Assembly (NCBI RefSeq): GCF_017433805.1
Contig: NZ_JAFRGN010000020.1
Location: 7,514-71,513 of the forward strand
Length of the DNA: 64,000 nt
Direction of reading: 5' to 3'
Origin: Butyrivibrio sp.
Lineage (GTDB): Bacteria > Bacillota > Clostridia > Lachnospirales > Lachnospiraceae
Both the position numbers and the translations under genes were made by a program. Positions 18,738 to 29,504 of the stretch are shown one piece after another. Position 1 is the first letter of the stretch. Each line of letters opens with the position of its first letter. Below the pieces are notes generated by a model. It was not told the origin of the DNA, did not search any database, and saw nothing but the letters and a program-made list of their open reading frames with translations.

Positions 18738-18795
18738 TTCTGCATAGTTTTGCAAACTACTACGCATTTTTTAATATATATGATCGAGGTTATTT

Positions 18796-20643
18796 ATGGC
18801 AAAATGGATGGTAGCTAATAAGAAAGCTGATTTCGACAGACTTGCCCAGGAATTTGGCATCAGAAATATTACAGCAAGACTTATAGCTAATAGACTTATT
18901 AATAGCAGAGAGACAGAAGAACAGGACTGCTCGGATGAGGCAGTTAGAAGATACCTTTATGGTGATCTTTCAATGCTTCATGATCCACATGGGATGGCGG
19001 ATATGGATAAAGGCGCTGCAGTTATGCGTGACAGGATCAAGGCTGGCGCCAGGATCAGAGTTATCGGTGACTATGACGTTGATGGTATATGTTCTTCTTA
19101 TATTCTTGCGCATGGACTTTCTCTTTTGGGAGCTGATGTTGACTACGTGCTTCCAGACAGAGTCAAGGATGGATATGGACTTAGCATCAAGCTTGTTGAT
19201 GAAGCACTTGAGGCTGGAATAGATACTATCATTACATGTGACAATGGGATTGCAGCAAGTGAACAGATTGCTCATGCCAAAGAGAAGGGAATGACTGTAG
19301 TAGTTACAGATCATCATGAGATTCCTTTTGAAGAAACTGATAGCGATGCAGATTCATCAGATGATAATTTGGCGGGCAGAAGAGAAATTCTTCCACCAGC
19401 GGATGCAGTCATTGATCCTAAGAGAGCAGATGGTAGCTATCCTTTCAAGGAAATCTGCGGAGCTGTAGTTGCTTATAAGTTTATGCAGGTCCTCGCAGAA
19501 CTTTTTGAGGAAAGCGGAGACAAACTTGGCAATTACTTTACAGAGATGCTCATCTATGCAGGTCTTGCGACAGTATGTGATGTAATGGAACTCAAGGATG
19601 AGAACAGGGTTATAGTCAAGGAATCTCTTAAGCTTATTGATAAGACTGAAAATGCAGGACTTCGTGCACTTATTCATCAGAATGGCCTTGATGAGGGCAA
19701 GATATCCTGTTACCACTATGGTTTCGTTATTGGACCATGTCTTAATGCGACAGGAAGACTTGATCTTGCTACACGTGCCCTTGCACTCTTTTTTGAAGAG
19801 GATGAGAACAAGGCAGCTATGATAGCAGCTATTCTCAAGCAACTCAATGATAACCGTAAGGATATGACCAAGCTTGGCGTAGATACAGCTATAGAGATGG
19901 TTGAAGAGCAGAAAAAGGGTAATGACAACGACCTTCCTAAGGTTCTCGTCATCTATCTTCCTGATGTTCATGAATCAATTGCCGGAATTATAGCTGGTAA
20001 GGTCAAGGAGAAATACTACAGACCTACAATAGTTCTGACCAAGGCTGCTGATGGCGGCGTTAAGGGATCAGGCAGATCTATTGAGAAATACGATATGTAT
20101 GAAGAACTCTCTGGCTGTAAGGAATTATTCACCAAGTTTGGTGGACACAAGATGGCAGCTGGCTTGTCACTTTCAGAAGAGAACATTGATATTCTCAGGA
20201 GCAGACTCAACGAGAACTGCAGTCTTTCAGAGGGTGATTTTGAACCTACACTTCATATAGATATGGTTATGCCACTCAAATATGCTGACATGAACCTTGT
20301 TCGCGAATTCGAGTGCCTTGAACCTTTTGGCAATGGTAACACCAAGCCTATTTTTGCTCAGAGAGATGTGGCTTTATTATCAGGTCGTATTCTTGGTAAA
20401 AACAGGAACTGTGGTAAATATCGTATCTCAGATGAGAGTGGTCAGATTTATGATATGATGTATTTCGGAGATATGGAGAAATGGCATGATTACCTGTCTG
20501 AGAAGTATGGACAGGACGCTATTGATGATCTCTACAGTGGGAAAACTGATGGTTCAATGAAGGTAAATATTGCGTATTATCCGGATATTAACAGCTTCCA
20601 GGGACGACAGAGCCTTCAATTTGTCATGAGTGATTTCATGTAA
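18796..20643 (+). CDS. recJ: Single-stranded-DNA exonuclease RecJ
   Basis: GDYDVDG, TCDNG, VTDHH (DHH), GPCLNATGR, GSGRS, GGHKMAAG, LEPFGNGN. Confidence 0.94.
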   Translation: MAKWMVANKKADFDRLAQEFGIRNITARLIANRLINSRETEEQDCSDEAVRRYLYGDLSMLHDPHGMADMDKGAAVMRDRIKAGARIRVIGDYDVDGICSSYILAHGLSLLGADVDYVLPDRVKDGYGLSIKLVDEALEAGIDTIITCDNGIAASEQIAHAKEKGMTVVVTDHHEIPFEETDSDADSSDDNLAGRREILPPADAVIDPKRADGSYPFKEICGAVVAYKFMQVLAELFEESGDKLGNYFTEMLIYAGLATVCDVMELKDENRVIVKESLKLIDKTENAGLRALIHQNGLDEGKISCYHYGFVIGPCLNATGRLDLATRALALFFEEDENKAAMIAAILKQLNDNRKDMTKLGVDTAIEMVEEQKKGNDNDLPKVLVIYLPDVHESIAGIIAGKVKEKYYRPTIVLTKAADGGVKGSGRSIEKYDMYEELSGCKELFTKFGGHKMAAGLSLSEENIDILRSRLNENCSLSEGDFEPTLHIDMVMPLKYADMNLVREFECLEPFGNGNTKPIFAQRDVALLSGRILGKNRNCGKYRISDESGQIYDMMYFGDMEKWHDYLSEKYGQDAIDDLYSGKTDGSMKVNIAYYPDINSFQGRQSLQFVMSDFM

Positions 20644-20740
20644 AAAAAGAACCCCATAAAACCACAAAAACACACGCGTCGGCGTGTGTCTGCGGTTTCT
20701 TATGAGGGGGAGATAGTGAGTAAAGTTGTTACTCACTTCT
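20642..20740 (-). ncRNA. Candidate small structured RNA convergent to recJ
   Basis: Minus-strand 9-bp hairpin (20715-20737), long interrupted hairpin (20652-20710) and U7 tail (plus-strand A7 at 20642-48), with no minus-strand gene nearby. No family recognised. Confidence 0.3.
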
Positions 20741-20876
20741 TGATTATTATGTTAACAAAAAAATGTGAATAAATTGTGAAAAAATTCTAAAAATTAGAAT
20801 TAATCAAAATTAGTTAATTGTTAGCTTAAATTAATTATTTTTTAAGTTAACTAATAGATTAAACGGAGGTGGAAAA

Positions 20877-22361
20877 ATGGTACTTTCCAAATTATTAGAA
20901 GAGCTTGAATGCAGGGTGACAGCAGGTAATTCCGCAGAAATACTGGATACAGACAGAATAGAAATCAAAGATGTAGTTAACGACAACAGAAAGATTTCAG
21001 AAGGATCTCTTTTCATATGCATTAAGGGTGCTAATTTTGATGGACATTCATGTGCAATGGAAGCAGCTCAGAAAAATGCAGCTGCAATTGTAGTTGAGCA
21101 TGATGTTGAACTCCCGGATGATTGCAAGATGGCTGTTATCAGAGTAGAGAATACAAGATATGCTATGGCATTTATTTCTGCAGCATACTTTGATCATCCA
21201 GCCAGAAAGCTTAAGACTATCGGTATTACTGGAACTAAGGGTAAGACAACAACTACATATCTTATCAGAAACATGCTCCAGAACGCCGGTCACAAGGTTG
21301 GTCTTATTGGAACAATCGAAGTTATAATTGGTGATGAGCATATTCATGCTGAGAATACAACACCTGAGTCCTTCACACTTCAGGAATATATGGCTAAAAT
21401 GGTAGAAGCAGGCTGTGATAGTGTTGTTATGGAGGTTTCTTCACAGGGACTTATGCTTCATAGAACTCAGGGCTTTGTTTTTGATATTGGTATCTTCACA
21501 AACATTGAGCCAGATCACATCGGACCTAATGAACACAAGGATTTCGAGGATTACATGCATTGCAAGGGACTTCTCTTTAAGCAGTGCAAGATCGGTATCT
21601 GTAACGGAGACGATATCCACACAGACGATATTCTCGAAGGACATACATGTAAGGCATACACATATGGATTTAGTGAGGGACTCGACCTTAGAGCTATCAA
21701 CCTTGCATATATCCGCAAGCCAGGTGAGCTTGGTGTATTCTTCGACACAGAAGGCCTTATCAATATGCATGCCGAGATCAGAACACCTGGTAAGTTCAGT
21801 GTATACAATGCACTTTGCGCTATAGCTGTTGCTCAGGAGCTTGGCTGCACACCAGAGGAGATTGCTCCTGCACTTAAGGAAGCCAAGGTTAAGGGCAGAA
21901 TCGAGATGGTTAAGGTGTCAGACGACTTTACTCTGATGATTGACTATGCTCACAATGCTATGGCTCTTAAGAGTCTTCTCACAACACTTAGAGATTATCA
22001 TCCAAACAGACTTATCAGTGTATTTGGATGTGGCGGTAACAGAAGTAAGCTTCGCCGTTTTGAGATGGGTGAAGTAAGTGGTAAGTATTCAGACTTTACT
22101 ATCATCACTTCTGATAACCCAAGATTTGAAGAACCTGAGGATATCATGAATGATATCGAGACAGGCATGAAGAAAACTGATGGTAAGTATATCAAGATCA
22201 CAGACAGAAAAGAAGCCATCAAATATGCAATTGAGCACGGTGAGCAGGGCGATATCATCGTTCTGGCCGGCAAAGGACACGAGGACTACCAGGAGATCAA
22301 AGGCGTTAAATATCCTATGGATGAGCGCGTGATCATTCAGGAGATTCTTGAGGAGAGATAA
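20877..22361 (+). CDS. murE: UDP-N-acetylmuramoyl-L-alanyl-D-glutamate--2,6-diaminopimelate ligase
   Basis: GITGTKGKTT, MEVSSQG, DYAHN, FGCGGNR, TSDNPR (DNPR, DAP-type), AGKGHE. Confidence 0.94.
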   Translation: MVLSKLLEELECRVTAGNSAEILDTDRIEIKDVVNDNRKISEGSLFICIKGANFDGHSCAMEAAQKNAAAIVVEHDVELPDDCKMAVIRVENTRYAMAFISAAYFDHPARKLKTIGITGTKGKTTTTYLIRNMLQNAGHKVGLIGTIEVIIGDEHIHAENTTPESFTLQEYMAKMVEAGCDSVVMEVSSQGLMLHRTQGFVFDIGIFTNIEPDHIGPNEHKDFEDYMHCKGLLFKQCKIGICNGDDIHTDDILEGHTCKAYTYGFSEGLDLRAINLAYIRKPGELGVFFDTEGLINMHAEIRTPGKFSVYNALCAIAVAQELGCTPEEIAPALKEAKVKGRIEMVKVSDDFTLMIDYAHNAMALKSLLTTLRDYHPNRLISVFGCGGNRSKLRRFEMGEVSGKYSDFTIITSDNPRFEEPEDIMNDIETGMKKTDGKYIKITDRKEAIKYAIEHGEQGDIIVLAGKGHEDYQEIKGVKYPMDERVIIQEILEER

Positions 22362-22370
22362 TAAACTTAT

Positions 22371-24632
22371 ATGACATCATGCGAGTATGCCAACATAATA
22401 ATTGACATATCCCATGAAAAAGTAGACAGGTTATTCCAGTACAGAATACCGGATAGACTTAAGGACAAAGTCGAAGTGGGCTGCCCTGTGGAGGTGCCTT
22501 TTGGAAAAGGCGATACCATCAGAAAGGGCTATGTGCTGGAAGTAACTGACGAACCAAACTGGGATCCAGACAAAATCAAAGAGATAGCTTCAGTTCCTGA
22601 TGATAAGCTGGGAGCTGAGGATATCTCTATTAAGCTTGCCGCCTGGATGAAAAGATATTATGGCTCAACCATGATATCGGCTCTCAAAACTGTTCTGCCT
22701 GCAACCAAGAAGCAGAACATTCAGAAGCATAAGTTTGTTTCCCTGCGAATGAGCGTAAGGGAAGCTACAGAGTATTATTATGAGTGTGCAGGTAAAAAGA
22801 ATCAGAAGGCCAGAGAGAGGATTCTTGCTGAGCTTCTTATTACTCCGGATGACAGAATCCCTTACGAGCTTATAACTCAGAAGCTCCATGTTTCAGCGGC
22901 TACGATCAAGAGTCTTGCAGATAAGGGTGTCATCAGGATTGAAGAGGAAGAGTACTACAGAAAGCCGGTGGCAGGTGATTCTTCCAGATATGGCGCCAAG
23001 GTTCTGAGCCAGGAACAGCAGAATATTGTAGACAGTTTCATAACTGACTACGATGCCGGGGTAAGAGATACTTATCTGATCCACGGAATTACCGGAAGTG
23101 GCAAGACTGAGGTTTACATAGCACTCATAGATGAAGTCATCAAAAGAGGCAAACAGGCGATAGTTCTTATCCCTGAGATTGCCCTTACATATCAGACTCT
23201 CATGCGATTCTACAGGCATTTTGGAGACAGGGTTTCTGTCATGAACTCATCTCTTTCACCTGGAGAAAAGTATGATCAGATGGAGAGAGCAAGGACTGGT
23301 GATATAGATATTATCATTGGCCCAAGATCAGCTCTTTTCACACCATTTCCAAATACAGGAATAATAATAATCGACGAGGAGCATGAATCCACATATAAGA
23401 GTGAGTCCATGCCTAAATATCATGCAAGGGAAACAGCTATAGAGCTGGCTAAACTGGTTCCTGATGGAGCGAGTGTTGTACTAGGCTCAGCTACTCCTTC
23501 ACTTGAATCCTACTATAGAGCTCTTACTGGGCAATATCATCTCTTTGAACTTAAGAGGAGACTGACTGGTGGAACACTTCCTCAGGTTGAGATCGCTGAC
23601 CTTAGAGAAGAGCTTAGAAGCGGTAACAGATCAATCTTTTCCAGAAGACTTCAGGAGCTTATGGAGGACAGATTATCTAAGGGCGAGCAGGCTATGCTCT
23701 TTATTAACAGAAGAGGTTTGGCTGGTTTCGTGTCCTGCAGATCCTGTGGCCATGTTTTTAAGTGTCCGCACTGCGATGTCTCTCTTTCTGAGCACAGGGG
23801 TGGAAGACTTGTGTGCCACTACTGCGGCTATGAAGAGCCCCTTAAAAAGATATGTCCTAAGTGTGGCTCCAAGTATGTGTCTTCATTCCGCGCCGGAACC
23901 CAGCAGATAGAGGATGAGGTCAAGAAATTCTGGCCAAATGCCAGAACACTTCGAATGGATGCAGATACCACGAGGACTAAAGGTAGCTACGACAAGATAT
24001 TGTCTTCATTTGCTGCCAAAGAGGCAGATGTTCTTGTGGGAACACAGATGATAGTTAAGGGCCATGACTTCCCGGATGTTACTCTTGTGGGAATTCTGGC
24101 TGCTGATATGTCTCTTTACGCAAGTGACTACAGAGCAAGTGAGAGAACCTTCCAGCTCCTTACACAGGCGGCAGGAAGAGCTGGTAGAGGAGAGAAGCCT
24201 GGAAACGTAGTTATTCAGAGCTATGAGCCAGAGCACTACAGCATACAGACTGCATCGAGACAGGACTATGAGGCATTTTATGAGGAGGAGATCGCCTATA
24301 GAGATCTTCTTCGATATCCGCCTATATCCCATATGATGTCTGTTCAGATACTTAGTTACGATGAAGAGCTTGGAATGCAGTTTGCTACAAGACTTCGCGC
24401 TATTATGGAACAGAATAAGAGAGAGGGGGCTATTTTTATAGGCCCTGCAGCTGCAGCAATCGGCAAGATCAACGACGTCTATAGAATGGCTGTCTATGTC
24501 AAGATGGATGATTACGACGGCCTTATAGCGTATAAAGATATGTTGGAAAAATATATACATCAACTGGAAGAAATGGGTAAGCTTAAGAAAATTTCAGTGC
24601 AATTTGACTTTGATCCCGTTAACGGCTTCTAG
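22371..24632 (+). CDS. priA: Primosomal protein N' (replication restart helicase)
   Basis: GITGSGKT, DEEH, GSATPS, two CxxC pairs twice, GTQMIVKGHDFP, QAAGRAGR. Confidence 0.95.
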   Translation: MTSCEYANIIIDISHEKVDRLFQYRIPDRLKDKVEVGCPVEVPFGKGDTIRKGYVLEVTDEPNWDPDKIKEIASVPDDKLGAEDISIKLAAWMKRYYGSTMISALKTVLPATKKQNIQKHKFVSLRMSVREATEYYYECAGKKNQKARERILAELLITPDDRIPYELITQKLHVSAATIKSLADKGVIRIEEEEYYRKPVAGDSSRYGAKVLSQEQQNIVDSFITDYDAGVRDTYLIHGITGSGKTEVYIALIDEVIKRGKQAIVLIPEIALTYQTLMRFYRHFGDRVSVMNSSLSPGEKYDQMERARTGDIDIIIGPRSALFTPFPNTGIIIIDEEHESTYKSESMPKYHARETAIELAKLVPDGASVVLGSATPSLESYYRALTGQYHLFELKRRLTGGTLPQVEIADLREELRSGNRSIFSRRLQELMEDRLSKGEQAMLFINRRGLAGFVSCRSCGHVFKCPHCDVSLSEHRGGRLVCHYCGYEEPLKKICPKCGSKYVSSFRAGTQQIEDEVKKFWPNARTLRMDADTTRTKGSYDKILSSFAAKEADVLVGTQMIVKGHDFPDVTLVGILAADMSLYASDYRASERTFQLLTQAAGRAGRGEKPGNVVIQSYEPEHYSIQTASRQDYEAFYEEEIAYRDLLRYPPISHMMSVQILSYDEELGMQFATRLRAIMEQNKREGAIFIGPAAAAIGKINDVYRMAVYVKMDDYDGLIAYKDMLEKYIHQLEEMGKLKKISVQFDFDPVNGF

Positions 24633-24713
24633 TTATCTGTGAAATAGTGACGAAGCACAGGTACACAACATATGGTATACTTGAATAAGAATGTTTAGTA
24701 CAAGGAGAAAGAA

Positions 24714-25208
24714 ATGGCACTTAGAACTATAAGAGAGATCGGTGATGATGTTCTTGTCAAGAACTGCAAAGAAGTCAAAGAAATCACACCTAGAATAAAG
24801 GAACTTGTGGAAGATATGTTTGAGACTATGTACGAGGCTAACGGTGTTGGTCTTGCAGCTCCACAGGTAGGGATTCTTAAGAGAATTTTTGTTATTGATG
24901 TTACTGGCGAGGATCCTATGGTATTCATCAACCCTGAGATTCTTGAGACAAGCGGAGAGCAGACAGGCTATGAAGGATGTCTTTCTGTTCCTGGCAAGTC
25001 CGGAGTAGTAACAAGACCTAATTATGTTAAGGCTAAGGCCTTCGACCTCGAGGGTAACGAGTTCATTATCGAGGGCGAGGAGCTTCTTGCAAGAGCTATT
25101 CTTCATGAGAATGATCACCTCAACGGAACAATGTATGTTGAGAAGGTAGAGGGTGAGCTTGTAGATAATGAAGAGCTGATAGCGCAGCAGGAAGAGGAAG
25201 AAGAGTAA
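24714..25208 (+). CDS. def: Peptide deformylase
   Basis: GVGLAAPQ, EGCLS, HENDHL. Confidence 0.96.
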   Translation: MALRTIREIGDDVLVKNCKEVKEITPRIKELVEDMFETMYEANGVGLAAPQVGILKRIFVIDVTGEDPMVFINPEILETSGEQTGYEGCLSVPGKSGVVTRPNYVKAKAFDLEGNEFIIEGEELLARAILHENDHLNGTMYVEKVEGELVDNEELIAQQEEEEE

Positions 25209-25211
25209 TAT

Positions 25212-26207
25212 ATGAAGATAATCTTTATGGGAACACCTGATTTTGCCAGGGCAGCCCTTGAGAAGATAATTGAGGCAGGACATGAAGTGGTGCTGGTTGT
25301 AACACAGCCAGATAAGCCCAAGGGCAGAAGTGGTGAACTTCAGATTTCAGATGTCAAAGAGTGCGCACTAGAGCATAACATTCCTGTTTTTCAGCCTGTC
25401 AGGATCAAGCTTCCTGAGAATGTGGCTGAGCTTCGTAAATATGACGCAGATATCTATGTGGTAGCTGCATTTGGACAGATCCTTTCACAGGAAATCCTTG
25501 ATATTCCTAGGTTTGGATGCGTGAATATCCATGCTTCACTCCTTCCTGAGTACAGAGGAGCAGCTCCAATCCAGCAGTCTATCATAGATGGTAAAAAAGA
25601 GACTGGAGTGACCATTATGCAGATGGCAGCCGGCATGGATACAGGTGATATCCTCACTCAGAGGACTATCCCTATAGCAGATGATGAGACAGGTGGCGGC
25701 CTTTTTGATAAACTCTCAGCGCTGGGAGCAGAGCTCATTGTTGAGACACTTCCCAAGATTGAGAGAGGCGAGATCACTCCGATTCCGCAGGATGAGGATA
25801 AGGCTACCAAATGTGGCAAGCTTAGCAAGGATATGGGCAGAATCAACTGGGGGGATAATGCCGAAGATATCAGAAACCTTGTTAGGGGCCTCAATCCCTG
25901 GCCAAGTGCTTATACATCACTTAACAAGAAGAGTTTCAAGATCTGGAGAGCCAAGGCTCTTATGGAACTGGAATTCAGACAGATGGCCAAGGAACTTAAT
26001 GATGGCTTTGACAGCCTTAGAGCAGAAGCCATAACAAATGGCAACGCTGGGGCAGTTGTAGCAGTACTTAAGGATTCTTTTGTTGTTCTGACTGGCGATG
26101 GATATCTTCAGATATTCGAAGTACAGTTAGAGGGCAAGAAGAGAATGCCAGTTAAAGATTTTCTTATGGGATACAAGCTTCTAGTAGGAGCAAAATTAGG
26201 GGAGTAA
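25212..26207 (+). CDS. fmt: Methionyl-tRNA formyltransferase
   Basis: FMGTPDF, TQPD, NIHASLLP.YRGAAPI, MDTGD. Confidence 0.96.
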   Translation: MKIIFMGTPDFARAALEKIIEAGHEVVLVVTQPDKPKGRSGELQISDVKECALEHNIPVFQPVRIKLPENVAELRKYDADIYVVAAFGQILSQEILDIPRFGCVNIHASLLPEYRGAAPIQQSIIDGKKETGVTIMQMAAGMDTGDILTQRTIPIADDETGGGLFDKLSALGAELIVETLPKIERGEITPIPQDEDKATKCGKLSKDMGRINWGDNAEDIRNLVRGLNPWPSAYTSLNKKSFKIWRAKALMELEFRQMAKELNDGFDSLRAEAITNGNAGAVVAVLKDSFVVLTGDGYLQIFEVQLEGKKRMPVKDFLMGYKLLVGAKLGE

Positions 26208-26264
26208 ATGATACCGTGAGGATATTTACTTGCATCTTATCATGGTGTCAGATGGATAAGATTT

Positions 26265-27617
26265 ATGGTTAATGTAAGAGAAATAATTTTAAATATACTT
26301 ATAGAATACGACAGGGATGGCAATAGAAAGCCATCCCTTTTAAAGGACACACTGGAGAAATACGATTATCTCGATACCAGAGATAAGTCTTTTATCAAAA
26401 GAGTCACAGAAGGCTGTCTTGAGAGAAATATACAGATAGATTACATCATTGACTCTTTTGCCAAGACTCCTGTAGCGCAGATGCAGCCATTTATCAGAAG
26501 CCTTATGAGAATGAGCGCTTATCAGATCATGTTTATGGATTCTGTTCCTGACAGTGCAGCCTGCAATGAAGCAGTCAAGCTTGCTGCCAAGCACAAGTTC
26601 TCCGGGCTCAAGGGCTTTGTAAATGGCGTTCTTCGCAATATTTCACGTAACAAGGATCAGATCAAATATCCTGATCCTAAAGAGGACGGGGGAATTAAGT
26701 ATTTATCTGTGGTTTACTCAATGCCAGAATGGCTCTGCGAGATGTGGACAGCAGAATATGGCTTTGACAAGACTGAGAAGATGCTGAGCTTCTTCCTTAC
26801 TCCTAGACCAACTACCATCAGAGTAACTCATGGCCTTAGCCAGAGTAGATCAGTAGAGGAACTTCAAAAGAGCCTTGAGGAAGCAGGTGCTTCAGTTAAG
26901 GTAAATGATCTTCTGCCATATGCTCTTGAGCTTGAAAAGACAGATAATATCAAGTACCTGCCAGGCTTTAAAGAGGGCGAGTTTGCTGTCCAGGATGTGA
27001 GCTCAATGCTGGTTGTAGAGGTTGCAGATCCACAGAACAAGCAGGTTGTGGTGGATGTGTGCGCAGCTCCTGGCGGTAAGAGTATGCATGCTGCTGAGAG
27101 AGTTTATCCGGATGGAAGAGTCTATTCAAGAGATGTTTCAGATAGGAAATGTCAGCTTATAGAGGAAAATGCAGACAGACTAGGACTTTCCAATATCAGC
27201 GTCAAGGTCAACGATGCCAAGATTCATGATGAGGATCTCAAGAGCCAGGCAGATGTGCTTCTTTTGGACCTTCCATGTTCAGGACTTGGTATTCTGGGCC
27301 GTAAGAACGATATCAAGCACAATGTTAAGCCCAAGGGCCTTGAGGAACTTGAGAAGCTCCAGTGGGAGATCATCAAGTCCTGCTGGGATTACGTCAAGGT
27401 TGGCGGAACACTGGTTTATTCAACCTGCACCGTCAATAAGGCGGAGAATGAGGATATGGTCAAGAGAATCTGTAACGAGCTTCCGTTTAAGCTGGAGGAT
27501 TTCACGGATAAGCTTCCGGAGGCACTTCGTAAGAGCTCTTCTAAGGGATATATACAGCTTATACCAGGCGAATATGGAACAGATGGATTCTTTATTGCCA
27601 AGCTAAAGAGGATTTAA
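26265..27617 (+). CDS. rsmB: 16S rRNA m5C967 methyltransferase RsmB/Sun
   Basis: NusB-like N-terminus, VQD.SS, DVCAAPGGK, DLPCSG, YSTCT, DGFFIA. Confidence 0.93.
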   Translation: MVNVREIILNILIEYDRDGNRKPSLLKDTLEKYDYLDTRDKSFIKRVTEGCLERNIQIDYIIDSFAKTPVAQMQPFIRSLMRMSAYQIMFMDSVPDSAACNEAVKLAAKHKFSGLKGFVNGVLRNISRNKDQIKYPDPKEDGGIKYLSVVYSMPEWLCEMWTAEYGFDKTEKMLSFFLTPRPTTIRVTHGLSQSRSVEELQKSLEEAGASVKVNDLLPYALELEKTDNIKYLPGFKEGEFAVQDVSSMLVVEVADPQNKQVVVDVCAAPGGKSMHAAERVYPDGRVYSRDVSDRKCQLIEENADRLGLSNISVKVNDAKIHDEDLKSQADVLLLDLPCSGLGILGRKNDIKHNVKPKGLEELEKLQWEIIKSCWDYVKVGGTLVYSTCTVNKAENEDMVKRICNELPFKLEDFTDKLPEALRKSSSKGYIQLIPGEYGTDGFFIAKLKRI

Positions 27618-27623
27618 GATTTT

Positions 27624-28682
27624 ATGAGTTATATACAGGGTATAAATGGGAAAACTGACATCAAGTCTCTGACACTTGACGAGCTGACTGCAGCTATCAA
27701 GGAACTGGGTGAGCCAGCCTTTAGAGCCAAGCAGCTCTACGAGTGGATGCATGTGAAGATGGCAAGGGACTATGATGAAATGACCAATATTCCCAAGTCG
27801 CTTAAAGAAAAATGCAGAGAGAACTTCGATTTTGTATCACTTCGAAGCGAAATGGTACAGGAATCCAAGCTCGATGATACCAAGAAGTTTCTGTTCGCGC
27901 TTTCAGATGGCAACATGATCGAGAGCGTATTTATGAAGTACAAGTTCGGAGTAAGCGTCTGCATCTCATCTCAGGTTGGCTGCAGAATGGGATGTAAGTT
28001 CTGTGCTTCGACAATAAATGGCGTTGTGAGAAATCTTTTGCCATCAGAGATGCTTGATCAGATCTATTCTATATCCAGAATTACTGGTGAGAAGGTTGGT
28101 AGAGTAGTTGTAATGGGAAGTGGCGAGCCGCTTGATAACTACGACAACCTCCTTAGATTCATAGATCTTTTGACTAATGAAAATGGTCTTAACATGGGCC
28201 AGAGAAACCTTACAGTTTCTACCTGTGGAATCGTGCCTAATATCCTGCGACTTGCAGAGGAAGACCTTTCAATTAACCTGGCACTTTCACTTCACGCTTC
28301 CAATAACGATAAGCGTAAAGAGCTTATGCCTATAGCCAATAAATATGAGATCCATGAGGTGCTTGATGCCTGCAAGACCTATTTTGACAAGACAGGCAGA
28401 CAGCTTACCTTTGAGTATTCTTTGGTTTCAGGTGTCAATGACACAGACGAGGATGCCAGAGAGCTCACTGAATTATTATCGGGATTTAATTGCGTAGTTA
28501 ACCTAATACCGGTCAATCCTATCAAGGAGAGGGATTTCAAACCTACAGACCGCGCTGGTGCTCAGGCTTTCAAAAATAAACTTGAAAAAAGCCGAATAAA
28601 TGTTACTATTAGAAGAGAAATGGGCAGGGATATTGATGGAGCCTGTGGGCAGCTTCGCAGACGACATTTAGAGGAAAATTAG
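27624..28682 (+). CDS. rlmN: 23S rRNA m2A2503 methyltransferase RlmN
   Basis: CISSQVGCRMGCKFC, MGSGEPL, VSTCG, SLH, DIDGACGQL. Confidence 0.95.
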   Translation: MSYIQGINGKTDIKSLTLDELTAAIKELGEPAFRAKQLYEWMHVKMARDYDEMTNIPKSLKEKCRENFDFVSLRSEMVQESKLDDTKKFLFALSDGNMIESVFMKYKFGVSVCISSQVGCRMGCKFCASTINGVVRNLLPSEMLDQIYSISRITGEKVGRVVVMGSGEPLDNYDNLLRFIDLLTNENGLNMGQRNLTVSTCGIVPNILRLAEEDLSINLALSLHASNNDKRKELMPIANKYEIHEVLDACKTYFDKTGRQLTFEYSLVSGVNDTDEDARELTELLSGFNCVVNLIPVNPIKERDFKPTDRAGAQAFKNKLEKSRINVTIRREMGRDIDGACGQLRRRHLEEN

Positions 28683-28739
28683 TATTTCTGCTTATTTTGT
28701 GTTGATTGAAAACGACAGACAGGGTTGGAGGGAGCTTTT

Positions 28740-29504
28740 TTGTTAAAAACTTTTTCCGTTACGGACATTGGAAAAAAGCGAAAACTGAATCAGGATTATG
28801 TGTTTTCTTCTGACAGGAAGATAGGTAATCTTTCCAATGTGTTTATCGTAGCTGATGGCATGGGCGGACATAACGCTGGGGACTATGCTTCAAGGTATAC
28901 GGTAGATACTATGGTAGAGGAAATTGAGAAGTCTTTTGAACAGAGTCCTATCAAGATTCTGGAGAAGGCTATCAAGACAGCTAATACCAAGCTTCGTGTT
29001 AAGGCTTCTGAAGATCCCAAGCTTTTCGGTATGGGTACTACAGTTGTAGCCTGTACAGTTCTAGGAAGATATTTACAGGTCGCCAATGTTGGGGATTCAA
29101 GACTCTATGTTATAGGCGGCGACAAGATTACCCAGATTACAAGAGATCACTCTCTTGTTGAGGAAATGGTCAGAATGGGCGGTATCGATAGAGAGACAGC
29201 CAGACATTCTCTCGACAAGAATATTATTACAAGGGCCATCGGTGCTGATGAAACCGTGGACGTTGACTTTTTTAATGTGGAATTGAACAGAGGGGATATA
29301 GTTCTCATGTGCTCTGACGGACTTACGAATATGTTAGAGGACGAAGAAATTCGCATGATAGTAAGTGGCCAAAGAGATATTATCGAGAAGGCCCAGAAGC
29401 TGGTAGTTGCGGCTAATAACAATGGGGGTAAGGATAATATTGCTGTTATCCTTATAGAGCCGTTTGCTGATGAAGCGGCACATGACGGAGGACTAAATGA
29501 TTAA
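28740..29504 (+). CDS. stp: PP2C-type Ser/Thr phosphatase (Stp1/PrpC)
   Basis: VADGMGGH, GMGTT, NVGDSR, TRDHS, CSDGL, GGKDN. TTG start at 28740 behind GGAGGGAG. Confidence 0.92.
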   Translation: MLKTFSVTDIGKKRKLNQDYVFSSDRKIGNLSNVFIVADGMGGHNAGDYASRYTVDTMVEEIEKSFEQSPIKILEKAIKTANTKLRVKASEDPKLFGMGTTVVACTVLGRYLQVANVGDSRLYVIGGDKITQITRDHSLVEEMVRMGGIDRETARHSLDKNIITRAIGADETVDVDFFNVELNRGDIVLMCSDGLTNMLEDEEIRMIVSGQRDIIEKAQKLVVAANNNGGKDNIAVILIEPFADEAAHDGGLND

